Source of the DNA: Leucoraja ocellata
Lineage: Eukaryota
Length of the DNA stretch: 64,000 nt
Assembly: GCA_036785375.1 (NCBI GenBank)
Contig: JAWMAR010000722.1
Coordinates: forward strand, 558,001-622,000
Direction: 5' to 3'
Positions 12,153 through 25,234 of the stretch are shown here, one piece after another (positions within the stretch are counted from its first letter, which is position 1; the number at the start of each line of letters is the position of its first letter). The notes beneath the pieces were generated by a model. It saw nothing but the letters and a program-made list of their open reading frames with translations. It was not told the origin of the DNA and did not search any database. The position numbers and the translations under genes are program-made.

Positions 12153-12173
12153 CATAAGATGAGGAACAAAAAT
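12153..12173 (+). other. Candidate 21-nt symmetric IGSF5 exon containing an in-frame TGA
   Basis: ctccAG|cataagatgaggaacaaaaat|GTgagt. In the phase-2 frame it reads S-I-R-*-G-T-K-I. Confidence 0.5.
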
Positions 12174-13286
12174 GTGAGTCATTTAACAGTTCTTCAATTT
12201 AAATAGTATTGAAATTTTAGTTTAGTTTAGATTAGAGGCACAGCGTGGAAACAGGCCCTTCTGCCCACTGAGTCCATGCTGAATAGCGATCTCCGTACAC
12301 TAGCACTATCCTACACACTAGGAACAAAAATGATTACCGAAGCCAATTAATCTATAAACCTGTATGTCTTTGGAATGTGGGAGGAAAACCAGAGCACTCG
12401 GAGAAAATACTTGCAGTCACGGGGAGAATGTACAAACGCCGTACAGATAGCACCCGTAGTCAGGGTCGAACCCGGGTCTCTGCCGCTGTAGGGCAGCAAT
12501 TCTACCACTGCGACACCGTGCTGCCTCTTAACTTAAAATGGAGTGGCTATCGTCATGCTAAGGGAGTAGAGTCAATAGGCTCCACAACGAGAGGAGATAA
12601 ATAGTCAAGTTAATGTTTATAGTCAAAGTCACCTTTTACCGATTGTTAATGAGGGAGGAATATAGCTTAGAGATGTGGGTGAGCACTCTGTTCCCTTATG
12701 AATAACATGGTGAAATGTTCAGTGCCCAGGTGATGAACGAACAAAATGGAACAACCTTCTCACACTGAGGCTGCTTAATTGTTCAGCACATCCGTGGGTG
12801 GATGTGGAGAAACTGCAGTCCTTTGACTTGCTCTGCTGTCAGCCGCTTTAGGCAGTCATGTAGAAAATAAAATACTTTGGCTGAGAAAAAAATAAATCTG
12901 AAGGTGAGGAATTGGATGAGACAAGGTGAGAGAAAGTTTCTGTGAAGTATAAATCCCACCACAGCGACGGCCATTAATGTGATGTAAATTTTATGTTGTT
13001 ACTTCATCAGATAAATTATGAATTGAAACTTGTTTTTTTTTTTCCCCTCTCTGTAGTGTTGTATAAAAAAAAACCTTCTCACGTGTTTTGAATCACGGGG
13101 TCTTTCACACTTAAACTGTGATTTAGCACTGATCCCATCTGCTCCCTTCCAGTAGTGAGAAAACAACAGGCTTTATCCTCACTTAGAAGAAATCCACATG
13201 CACTTTCTCCACATAAAATTCTTTGCCTCTGTTAAAGCTACATTTCCTGTTGTTTAATAATTTCAACCTGCATTTACCATTCAAAG

Positions 13287-13399
13287 CAAAAGGTCACCAA
13301 AGACTCCACAAGAGATGTCCACAAATGGTAAAGAAATATACGGAGTGGATAACATTGGAATGTCCATTGGAAGTGAAAATGATTATCGACTTTCCCCAA
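13287..13399 (+). CDS. IGSF5: IGSF5-like cytoplasmic exon
   Basis: cattcaaAG|c ... ccca a|GTaagt; 113 nt, phase 2 to 1, matching the phase left by exon 10624-10648. Open frame KRSPKTPQEMSTNGKEIYGVDNIGMSIGSENDYRLSP; GKEIYG resembles GKENYG of mammalian IGSF5 as recalled. Confidence 0.7.
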
Positions 13400-13565
13400 G
13401 TAAGTACTGAACTATTTCTCAGTTGAAAATATGTCCCTCTCCTCCTGTGACCTCTCACATCGATTTGGAGATCTTGTATTGATCTTCGTTTGAGATTGCC
13501 AACATTTCGGATAACACAAAATAGGCTCCAGCATTTTGTGTTTATCTTAGGTGCAGACCAGCATC

Positions 13566-15231
13566 TAACCATATAATATAACCATATAACAATTACAGCA
13601 CGGAAACAGGCCATCTCGACCCTTCTAGTCCGTGCCGAACACGTATTCTCCCCTAGTCCCATATACCTGCGCTCAGACCATAACCCTCCATTCCTTTCTC
13701 GTCCATATAACTATCCAATTTATTTTTAAATGATAAAAATGAACCTGCCTCCACCACCTTCACTGGAAGCTCATTCCACACAGCCACCACTCTCTGAGTA
13801 AAGAAGTTCCCCCTCATGTTACCCCTAAACTTCTGTCCCTTAATTCTCATGTCCCCTTGTTTGCATCTTCCCTCCTCTCAGTGGGAAAAGCTTATCCACG
13901 TCAACTCTGTCTATCCCTCTCATCATTTTAAAGACCTCTATCAAGTCCCCCCTTAACCTTCTGCGCTCCAAAGAATAAAGCCCTAACTTGTTTAACCTAT
14001 CTCTGTAACTTAGTTGCTGAAACCCAGGCAACATTCTAGTAAATCTCCTCTGTACTCTCTCTATTTTGTTGACATCCTTCCTATAATTAGGCGACCAAAA
14101 TTGTACCCCATACTCCAGAATTGGCCTCACCAATGCCTTGTACAATTTTAACATTACATCCCAACTTCTATACTCAATGCTCTGATTTATAAAGGCCAGC
14201 ACACCAAAAGCTTTCTTTACCACCCTATCTACATGAGATTCCACTTTCAGGGAGCTGTGCACAGTTATTCCTAGATCCCTCTGTTCACCTGCATTCTTCA
14301 ATTCCCTACTATTTACCATGTACGTCCTATTTTGATTTGTCCTGCCAAGATGTAGCACCTCACACTTATCAGCATTAAACTCCATCTGCCATCTTTCAGT
14401 CCACTCTTCCAACTGGCATAAATCTCTCTGTAGACTTTGAAAATCTACATTATCCACAACCCCTCCTATCTTGGTATCATCTGCATACTTACTAATCCAA
14501 TTTACCACACCATCATCCAGATCATTGATGTACATGACAAACAACAGTGGACCCAACACAGATCCCTGTGGCACCCCACTAGTCACTGGCCTCCAACCTG
14601 ACAAACAACCATCCACCATTACTCTCTGGCATCTCCCATTCAGCCACTGTTGAATCCATCTTGCTACTCCACCATTAATACCCAACCATTGAACCTTCTT
14701 AACCAACCTTCCATGAGGAACCTTGTCAAAGGCCTTACTGAAGTCCATATATACAACATCCACTGCTTTACCCTCATTAATTTCCCGAGTAACCTCTTCA
14801 AAAAATTCAAGAAGATTAGTCAAACATGACCTTCCAGGCACAAATCCATGTTGACTGTTCCTAATCAGACCCTGTTTATCCAGATGCTTATATATATTAT
14901 TTCTAAGTATCCTTTCCATTAATTTGCCCACCACTGACGTCAAACTAACAGGTCTATCATTGCTAGGTTTACTCTTGGACCCCTTTTTAAACAATGGAAC
15001 AACATGCGCAGTACTCCAATCCTCCGGCACTATTCCCATTTCTAATGACATTTGAAATATTTCTGTCATAGCCCCTGCTATTTCTACACTAACTTCCCTC
15101 AATGTCCTAGGGAATATCCTGTCCGGACCCGGAGACTTATCCACTTTTATATTTCTCAGTGTCAGTACTTCCTCTTCTTTGAATCTCATAGTTTCCATAG
15201 CTACTCTACTTGTTTCCCTTACCTCACATAA
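13566..15231 (-). mobile_element. 5'-truncated CR1/HER1-type LINE (RT domain and 3' UTR)
   Basis: ORF 13840-15357: [33 protein letters not shown]. Short-repeat 3' tail (ttatatgg). A near-identical 3' end lies at 43935-44370. Confidence 0.95.
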
Positions 15232-16039
15232 TGCAGGGATCTGCAGTCCTTTCCTACACACATTGGATAGCATATTGAAACAAGGAACTGCAGATGCTGT
15301 TTTATGGTGGTGAAGTGCTGAAGAAAGGCTAGAGTGCCCAAAATGTTGTTTACCCATGTTCTCCAGGGATGCTGCCTGACCTGTTGAGTTACTCCAGCAC
15401 TTTGTGTCTTTTTTTGCATAACAGGTTCAGGGACACTGTTGCCATAAACAAATCATTTAAATAAGTTGATCACACAAAATGGTGCTTGCTTCCCATCTCA
15501 GGAGGAATGGAAACAGGAAGGCGTGTACTGGGTTATACCAGGTTAGAGTCATAGAGCCATGCAGTGTGAAATCACTTCGGCCCAACTTGCCCATGCCGAC
15601 CAACATGCCCCATCTACACTAGTCCTACCTGCCTGCTTTTAGCCTATATCCATCAAAAACGACCCTAACATTGCAATAGTACCTGCTTAAACTTTGTGAT
15701 AGTGCCTGCATCTAGCAGCTTATTCTAATTACATCCAGCAAAATGAGAGGGTAATTGTGACTTGTGACTTTCTTAACAAGCTGGATAACGTTTAATGAAA
15801 AAACACTGAAGCAAAATCCAATATTATAAAATGACTGATTATAAAACAAGAAAGTTAAACTGAACCTTCAAGTTCAGAAGAAGGGTCTCGACCCGAAACG
15901 TCACCCATTCCTTCTTTCGAGAGATGCTGCCTGTCCAGCTGAGTTATTCCAGAATTCTGTGTCTATCTTCGGTTTAAACCAGTATCTGCAGTTCCTTCCT
16001 ACGCTTCTTAAATTATCCATTGGCATCTAACTGCTCTCA

Positions 16040-16178
16040 CCCCAACCATGGACTGTTTACCCTCCTACCATCCGGGAGGCGCTACAGGTCTCTCCGTTGC
16101 CGAACCAGCAGGTCGAGGAACAGCTTCTTTCCGGCCGCTGTCACTCTACTAAACAACGTACCTCGGTGACTGCCAATC

Positions 16179-16212
<34 letters not shown>

Positions 16213-16339
16213 ACACTTATTTTTTTTTTTTTAATTCAAATCGTTTGCTATGTCGCTCTTCAAGGGAGATGCTAAATGCATTTCGTTGTCTCTGTACTGT
16301 ACACTGACAATGACAATTAAAATTGAATCTGAATCTGAA
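16040..16339 (+). mobile_element. Rex1/Babar-like LINE 3' end
   Basis: HPNHGLFTLLPSGRRYRSLRCRTSRSRNSFFPAAVTLLN, then a (tctgaa)n tail. Confidence 0.7.
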
Positions 16340-18267
16340 CAGAATGAGAGGGTTTACCCATTAGACTTCTCCCAGAGAGACCAGCTCTGTGCATTACATT
16401 TTAGATAGAAAGTGTGGGAAGACATTCAATAATAACACGGGTGAAGGTCTACAGATACCTGGAAACACTGGGGTGTCAACTTGACGGGCAAAACATTTTC
16501 ATTTTGAGTAAACAAGGAGAACCAATTTTCTAGTTGCGGAAGAGTTAATTATTACTGGACACTGCATTCAGGTCAGAAGCTCCAGCAGTGAGATAAGAAA
16601 TACCTCTCTGGTATGATTTGGAGCGCACTGCCAGAAAGGGTAGAGGTAGCAGTGACTTTCAAAAGGAATTGGATAAATATGTTAACGGGAAGCATTCGCA
16701 GAGCGTATGGGGAAAAGGACAGGGCAAAGTATGTAATAGGGCAGCACAAGAGGCTGGTGAAGGAGTTATTGGACTAGCAACCGATGACCTGAGGATCCAG
16801 CAACATGTTTCAATTCAGATAATTAAATATATTCTGGAATTATATTTTGTATTATTAATTGCTATTTTTGTTCATTATTCTCACTTTGTTCTGCATGCAA
16901 TGCAGGCAAATCACACCAAACATGAGAACCAGCAAGGTGCAGCCAATAGAGCCACTGCTGCACATTGCCAGAGACCTGGGTTCGATCCTGACCTCGGGTG
17001 CTGTCTGTGTGGAGTTTGCATGTTCTACCCGTGACCGTGTGGGTTTCCTGCGGGCGTTCCAGTTTCCTCGCACATCCCAAAGATATGCAGGCTCGTAGGT
17101 TAATTGGCCTCTATAAATTGCCCCTAGTGTGTAGGCGGTGGATGAAAAAGTAGGGTAACATAGAACTAATTGAATATGTCAGGATCGAACCCAGTTCTCT
17201 GGTGCTGTAAGGCAGCAGCTCTACCACTGCGCCACTGTACCCCCCCCACCCCCCCATTTCTGGAGAGAAGGAACAGGCATTTTTGATGGTTGTGTAGCAG
17301 TGGTCGAGTTGCCTCTGCTGGGAAGAAGATCAAACTATTAGATTGTCATAAAAACCTTACAGGTCCATTAGCTTCCTTTATATGGAGAACTAATCGCATA
17401 ATGTGATAGCAGTGGCTGTGGGTAACTTATAAAAACACTTTAAAAGGCCTGAAAATAAACAGAGGCAAGTAGGGATGGCCAATAAATCATGCCCTTGTCT
17501 ATATCCTGTGGATGAATAAAATAAGAATAAATATCTCTTACAAGGAGCTGATTTAGGTAAATAGATCAAATCATCTCCTTCTGTACAGCATTGTATCATG
17601 GTTCAATGATTCTTTGGCATCATTCAATTCAATAGGCTGCTTTCAAATATAACAGTGGTTGCTTTGGGACTGATTTGCCTTTCAAATCTACTGGATTTGT
17701 GTAGAAACACTGCAAATAAGAACGCAGCTTCAAAAAACAAAATAGGGAATTCAACAGTAAATTAAATGTTTAAAAAACTGTTGGCAATCTAAAATATCAA
17801 CTGAAACTAATGGAAGCAAACAGCAGGCGGGGAAGCATCTGTGGAAAGAGCAAGACAGTTAACATAAGACCCTTCGTCAGAGATGGAAAGGGAATAGCAA
17901 GAGGAGTGGACAGAGTGTTGTTTGTTTGGGTGCGGATGTTAGATGGATAGGACAAAGGAAACGTCCATGATAGGATGAGGCCAGGGTTAATGTGGGGATA
18001 AGTTCTCAAGCTCATCCGATCGATGGGTTAATGGGGGCAATTGGGAGAAAATAAACAAAAGACTTGAGTTAAGCACAGTGAGGAATGATAACGCCAGCAA
18101 AGAAACGTTACCAGTTGCAAAAATACTGGGCTGTAGGCAGGTTGTGCTGTGAAAGTAAAGAGAAAACCGAACCAGATAATTTCCAGGAGAAATGGCCATA
18201 CTTGATGCAGGCAGAGAAAGCAAGTCACCTGAAGCTGGAGAGTTCAGTATTGACGATTGCAACAAGT

Positions 18268-18907
18268 CATAGCAAAAGGATTTGGAGTATAAGAGCAGGG
18301 AGGTTATACTGCAGTTGTACAGGGTCTTGGTGAGACCACACCTGGAGTATTGCGTACAGTTTTGGTCTCCTAATCTGAGGAAAGACATTCTTGCCATAGA
18401 GGGAGTACAGGGAAGGTTCACCAGACTGATTCCTGGGATGGCAGGACTTTCATATGAAGAAAGACTGGATAGACTCGGCTTGTACACGCTAGAGTTTAGA
18501 AGATTGAGGGGGGATCTTATGGAAACTTACAAAATTCTTAAGGGGTTGGACAGGCTAGATGCAGGAAGATTATTCCCGATGTTGGGGAAGTCCAGAACTA
18601 GGGGACACAGTTTAAGGATAAGAGGGAAGTCTTTTAGGACTGAGATGAGAAAATCATTTTTTACACAGAGAGTGGTGAATCTGTGGAATGATCTGCCACA
18701 GAAGGTAGTTGAGGCCAGTTCATTGGCTATATTTAAGAGGGAGTTAGATGTGGCCCTTGTGGCTAAAGGGTTCAGGGGGTATGGAGAGAAGACAGGGATG
18801 GGATACTGAGTTGGATGATTAGGAATGATCATATCGAATGGCGGTGCAGGCTTGAAGGGCCGAATGGCCTACTCCTGCACCTATTTTCTATGTTTCTATG
18901 TTTCTAT
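18268..18907 (+). mobile_element. CR1 LINE 3' fragment
   Basis: LVRPHLEYCVQFWSP...FFTQRVVNLWN; (ttctatgt)n tail. Confidence 0.93.
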
Positions 18908-19766
18908 CCCTCTAAACCTTTCCTATCATTGAGCCATAGAATCATACTGTTGAGAAACAGGGTCCTTCAGTCCATCTCGTCCTTGCCAACCAGGATGGCC
19001 CATCTAAGTTACTCCCATTTGCCCATATTTGGCCCATATCCCTCTAAACCTTTCCTATCCATGCACCCGTCCAAGTGTCTCTTAAATACAATTTTAGTAC
19101 CTGCCTCAACTACCTCCTTAAGATGGAAGATGATGGAAGATGGTCCTCAAGATTACACTGGGCATCATTAATATCAGTGCAGGGAGCCATAAACAGAAGA
19201 GTCAGAGCAAGAGTGGGATGGAAAATTAGCACAGAGTTGCGATGTGGACTGATGCAGGAGATGCTGCATCAGGCGGCACAGCAGTGCAGCGGTAGAGTTG
19301 CTGTCTTACCGCGCCAGTGATCCGGTTTGTTCCTGACTACGGGTGCTGTCTGTGTGGAGTTTGCACGGTCTCCCCTGTGACTGTGTGGGTTTTCTCCAGG
19401 TACTCCGGTTTTCTCCCGCACTCCAAAGACATGCAGGTTTGTAGTAAATTGGCTTCTGTAAATTGTACGTTGTCCCTTGTGTGTAGAATGGTGCTAGTGC
19501 GGGGAGGTCACTGGTCAGCACAGACTCAGTGGGCCGAACGGCCAGTTTCCTTGACATATTCTAAAGCCTAAAGTAAAGATGCTCGGCAAAGCTGGATAAT
19601 TCCATCCTGGTTACAATGAAGACTCAAGTAACTGCTATAACAAATAATAATGGCCAAATCATAATTTGTAACCAGTGATTATAAAGGCGAAGATTATTAA
19701 AGCTGCTTGTTAACATACAACAGTGCAAACTAGATTTAATTGTTCTTGTTATTGTTTCCTGGTCAG

Positions 19767-19828
19767 GTTTAACTTCACCTTACTGGATGGATATGAGGTC
19801 TAGAGAAATGAACAGCAACGTTTTAGAG
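19767..19828 (+). CDS. Candidate further cytoplasmic exon of the IGSF5-like gene
   Basis: tgttcttgttattgtttcctggtcAG|...ttagag|GTaggt; 62 nt, phase 1 to 0, open frame SLTSPYWMDMRSREMNSNVLE. Supported only by splice signals and phase compatibility. Confidence 0.35.
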
Positions 19829-22088
19829 GTAGGTGAAGCAGACTTGTTTAGCAAAGGCAGACCATCCTCAGGAAGCCTTTGTAATCAGTCGGCTAAGCAT
19901 AAAAGATCATGTATAATGTAACTTCTGAATCGGTGAAGTCTGTTTGTGAGAATAGACCGAGTAAAGATATTTGGGTATAGGCACTAAAAATGTGTAAGGT
20001 TATTCACAAATTGGAAGCAATTGGGAGATGTAACATTAGGCTTCTGGCAGTGAGGGCCTGGGACTAAAATCCCATGGCTCAGATCATTTTATATTGTAAT
20101 TGTGTACCACTATTGCATTGCAGACCCCATGTCATGGATTTATACAGCATGGAAACAGGTCCATCGGACCAATTTGCCCACAGCGACCAACATGTCCCAT
20201 CTACCCAAGTCTCACCTGACTGCATTTGGTCCACATCCTTCCAAACCTATCCTATCCAATCCAAGTACCTGTCTAAATGTTCAAAGGTTCAAAGGTTATT
20301 TATTGGTCACATACACCATAGGTGTAGTGAAATGCTTGTTGCCAAATGTTTATTCAACGTTGTGATAGTACCTGCCCCAACTACCTCCTCTGGCAAATCA
20401 TTCCATACACCTACCACCCTTTGTATAAATCAGTTACCCCTCAGGTTCCTATTAAATCCAACCCCCCCCCCCCCCCCCCCACCCCTCAACTTAAACCTGT
20501 GTCTTCTGGTTCTTGATTTCCCTATTCTGAGCAAGATACTGTGCGATTATCGGAGCTATTCCTCTCCCGATTTTGTACACTTCTATAAGAGTTCTCGCCT
20601 GCTCAACCTCTCCCTATAGCTCGGCCCCTCGAGTCCTGGCAACATACTCGTAAATCTTCTCTGCACACCTTCCAGCTTGGCAACATCTTTCCTGTAAAAT
20701 GGTGCCCCAAAATTGAATACAATACTCTCAATGTGGCCTCACCATTGCGTCTTATATAACTGCAACTTCCCAATTTGAAGTTGTTTTAGGCAAACGTTTT
20801 TTCTCATGTTTAAATTTATTTCAAATGTTTTCATTGCTCTTTTAATACCTCTTGAATTGCTGTGAATACCAGAAGGCATGGCTGAGGTCGTCTTAATCTT
20901 TTTTATCCATTGGAGCTGAAGCCAATCATGGTCAGTGAGTTCAGGAGAGATGAGTGAATAAACGGCATGGGCTAGGGGACATGCAATAAAAAGATTCTGC
21001 TGCTCACATTTATGGAGGCCGACCAGAACAGGCCAAAATCTGCAAAGAATAAAATCTTGGCTGCAGGTTTTTTTTGAAACAGATGCTGTTATGGGCACAG
21101 AAATGGGCAGATTTGGTGAAATAGCAGAGAACTGGTCAAGAAACAGTGCCAACACTCACTGGCTTTCACAGATGGGTCCCCCGACCAGCCATCACTCACT
21201 CACCACCAGCCCAGAGAGTATGGACGAGCCATGTAATGAGGATGTTCAACTATACATTTACGAGTCAGGAGAGTTAAATGCCATAAACTTTGTGACTGGA
21301 ACAATGGAATTCATACTCGCTGCAGCTTTGCATGCACATAAAATGCAACAACAGAATTAAGAAATGAACAATAAATAAATTATCGGTTATTCTAGGGGGA
21401 GCAGACCATGATTGTGGAAGTCAATGTATGCATATTTATTAGATAAGCCTCACAAATAACATGGACAAAGATGCAAAGAGGCTAGAGTAGCATAATAATT
21501 AGGTTAGGGGAATGAGGCATGGATCAATGAATCAGGGACATGTCTAAATTCCACTATGGACGACAGGGAACTTTAATCCAATTAATCAAATAACGCTTGC
21601 ACTGAAGGAATGGAAACCATGAAACTACATGGTGGCCCTGTGGCTCGGCTGGTAGAGCCGCTGCTTCACAGCACCAGAGACTCTGGTTCGATCCTGACCT
21701 CGGGTGCTGTCTGTGGGGAGTTTGCACGTTCTCCCTGGCTTTCCTCCGGGTGCTCTGGTTTGTCAGCTAATTGGCCCTCTGTAAATTGCCCCTGCTGAGT
21801 AGAGTGGATGGGAAAGTGCGGTTTAGCATAGAAATAGGGTGAACAGGCGAGCGATAATCAGCATGGACTAAAGGGCCTGTCTCCATGGTGTACCGCTAAA
21901 CTACTAGATTGTTGTAGAACCTAGCTGGTCCATGAATGCATTTCAGAGAAAGAAACTATCCTTCCCTGGTTTGGCTAAACATGACGGTTCACAAATATGA
22001 TGGGGTTTTAGCCGCGTTCTCAATGTAGCACTAATTGTGGATGGACAATAATTGAGAGCATTGACAGGGTTGGTGTCAGGGTCAGGGT

Positions 22089-22116
22089 CTGATGAAGGGT
22101 CTCGACCCGAAACGTC
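22089..22116 (+). ncRNA. Minimal type-I hammerhead ribozyme motif in a Penelope-derived repeat (best copy)
   Basis: CTGATGA-A-GGGTCTCGACCC-GAAA-CG-TC: CUGANGA and GAAA boxes, stem II GGGU/ACCC, short palindromic stem III and a GUC site. Flanks GGGT/ACCT can form a short stem I. Activity is untested. Confidence 0.6.
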
Positions 22117-22193
22117 ACCTATTCCTCTTCTCCAGAGATGCTGTCTGACCCGCTGAGCTACTCCAGCTTTTTGTGTCTATCTTCAGTCCAAAC

Positions 22194-22756
22194 CAGGGGT
22201 CGGCAACCTTGTTCCGCGTTGGGGCCGGGTGGCATGTCTGTGAGTGGATGGTGGACCACATCTACTACATTGTTACATAGATCCCATCCCATCCCGCATC
22301 AAATCACGTGTTCACATAGATCCCGCCCCTTCGAGGATGCCACCCGGAGCACTGGCCCCTAGTTACGGGCGCTCACAAACATTGCGCTCCTACGGACCAT
22401 TGCCTTGGCTCTGTCCTGAAGGCGGTGGCTCAAATACTCACACTCATTTGTCCCCGGCCTAATTGACAACCCCGATCCCGACAGTGAAGCCCAGACACAG
22501 AAGGTGCGCGGCCGTGCCGGTGGCTTTGCGCAGGATGCGGTACAGCCAGAGCTCAGCGCTCGGCCCCGTTCGGGCACTCGGTGGCTCAGCAATTTCGTGC
22601 TTGCATCACCGCGCCTGGGCGCCTCGGGCCCGGGAAGGTACCGGAGATGAAGGAAGTCTGCGGGCTGGATGTCTACAGAAAAAAACCGCCTGCGGGCCGG
22701 ATGATTTCGGGTTACGGGCCGCATTCGGCCCGGGGGCTGTAGATTGCCGACCCCTG
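22194..22756. mobile_element. Non-autonomous hAT (Charlie-like) DNA transposon
   Basis: TIR CAGGGGTCGGCAA / TTGCCGACCCCTG; 8-bp TSD gtccaaac/gtttaaac (6 of 8 match); GC-rich interior; inserted in a Penelope-derived repeat. Confidence 0.85.
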
Positions 22757-25234
22757 GTTTAAACCAGCATCTGCAGTTCCTTCCAATACATTGGCAAATT
22801 TGGCCAGTTCACCTCTTTGCCTTTGGTGGGAACGGTGCCCACATTTCCCACGTAATTGTCTCCGCACTTCAAATGGCAATTCATTTTGTGAAGAATTTCA
22901 AGGCCCACAGTAATAAATAGAAGAACTTCTGCTTATTAAGTTATAATTTCATTTTTATATGGATGGAATAGGAATATCATTTTCCTGGCACATGGAATAA
23001 CTCTCAGTAATTTACCCAAATGCAAGAAGCCAAATAAGAAGGGTCTCAACCCGAAACATCACCTATTCTTTTTCTCCGGAGATGCTGCTTGACCCACTGA
23101 GTTACTCCAGCTTTTTGCGTCTATTAAAAAGGTGCATTAGTTTATCTGAGGATAGGAATCGGAACAGGTTAGAGAGAACATATTAAAACACCACAGGGCA
23201 GACCTTTCATGTGCCAATCTGGTTACCTTGCCCATGTTTTCATGCACAATGGCACTATCACTTCATCATGCCTTTCTCTGGGGTGGGAGATTGCTACCTT
23301 CACTTGGTCCGTCCTGGTTAGAAGAATGCAATCAAACTGGTGTACACAATCAAATAAGAACAAATAGAACAAGTTGTCCTACAACTTTGGGCTGTGCCCG
23401 CCATACGCAAGAAGAAGAAGAGGATGCCTCTCTCTGTAACCTCTTGCAACAACATTACCCCTGAAGGTCTGTTTTGCTTCAAACCCGGCTTTCATCGTTC
23501 CTTTAGCAGTGGCCAGCATCTAAACTATGGAAATCTCCTCCTTACCCTAATTAAGGGTGGAACATTGGCCCAGCAGTAGAGCTACCGCCTCACAATGCCA
23601 GAGACCTGGGTTTGATCCTGACCTCCGGCGCTATCTGCGCGGAGTTTGCACGTTCTTCCTGTAACCGCGTGTGGGTTTATTCCGGGTGCTCCAGGCTCCA
23701 TCCACATCCCAAAGACGGTTCAGTTCAGTTAAGTTTATGTCACGGGTACCGAGGTACAGTGAAAAGCTTTTTGCTGTGGACTAACCCCCAGTCAGTGGAA
23801 GGAAAATACATGATTACAATCACTCCATTTGAAGTGTACAGATAAAGGATAAGGGAATAAAGTAGGAAATACTGCTGTAGGAATACAGTGTGAAGCGACT
23901 GTAATGTGAGTTTGTACATCTGCTTCTGTGTCTAGCAAGCAAATAGTCGCCTGAGTTGGGCGACTATCTTGGCTCTGTGCGGGTTTGTATTCCAGTTGAC
24001 TGGTTAGCTCACAACAAAAAGCTTTTCACTGTGACATGACAGTAAACTAAACTAAACTAAACTAAAGCTATTCTCTCTAGACTTTGACGTTTCTACCCAG
24101 GGAAAAGAGGTTCTGACTGTCTACATATCTATGCCTCACATAATTTTATAAACTTCTATCAGGTCTCCTCTCAGAGTCTGGCACTCCAGAGAACACAATC
24201 CATAGATCCTCATCCCTGTAGACTGCAATGGATTTGTAGCTGAATTTCAGAGGGGAATGTTCGATTTGCAGTGCAGGCAAGATGCTCAAACCATCTCTTC
24301 TACACGATCCACAAAGTTTGCATTATATTGCAATTTGTCTTGAATGGCAGGGAAGTCTGATGAATGTTTGCACTTAAAATCCTGACGGGCAAATTTGTTT
24401 GTGTGAGTTGTGGAGCATCCTTCCTGCCGCCGCAGTTAATCAGATCAACTGCAGTCCACAAATTGTAGATAGTAATGCTCCTCAGTGACATACAACACAG
24501 ATCCCAGTTGCTGACATGGCAATCTGTGGGAGTTAGTTTGCTGTGATTTCACTCAAATCTTATCACAATGTTTGCAGGAAACGGCAGCCCAATTTTGCCT
24601 GGCTCCTCTGACGTTTAGATGCATTGGTCGTCAAATTCAACTACATTTCTGTAGAATCCACTGAATCCCGTGACAGAAAGCAAAGAACAAACGACACCTA
24701 GCTGAGCCAGCGACCTAGTGTCTTGACTCAGAAGCCCCTTTTACCTACATTCTCCTCAATCATAACCCGTGTGCAGATAAGGCCAATTAATGCATCTGAC
24801 CTTGGAGTTGCTATTGAGCTCTTGTGGCTGGACCTTCTTGTGAGGCTGTTGGTGAGCAGTCACCAGCGGTAACAGGCTGTACGCAAAACCAACGTGGGCG
24901 TGAAGGTGCCACAGCTCTCCGCTTAGCCACCGAGCCATACAAGATGGCGGCTGCCTGGCTTTGTCCTGCCCCGTACCGGTCTGGCGGGTTGATTTTGCGG
25001 CCTGATCTTGTTTGGTACTGCAGTGTGGGAGGTCTTTGACAGGAAGTGTTGGGGTCTTGCCAGTTCGGTGGGTGAGGTAGTCGGTTGGTTCTCGACGTAT
25101 GCTGGGTTTAACCGGTCGACGGATACGGTGTCAGTTTTTCCGTTCTGATAGATCACAAACCATTTGGGTGGGCGTTGGATGACTTGGTAAGGGCCATCGT
25201 ATGCTCGCTGAAGAGGTCGGCAGACGGCGTCGTG

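Noticed and set aside
681-13399. Butyrophilin/B7 assignment suggested by GWYPAP and micro-exons
   Set aside because: No B30.2 exon was seen, and the YQNE and GKExYG motifs fit IGSF5 better.
20739-21360. ORFs 20739-21155 (-) and 21091-21360 (+) as genes
   Set aside because: No recognisable domain or convincing pair of splice sites.
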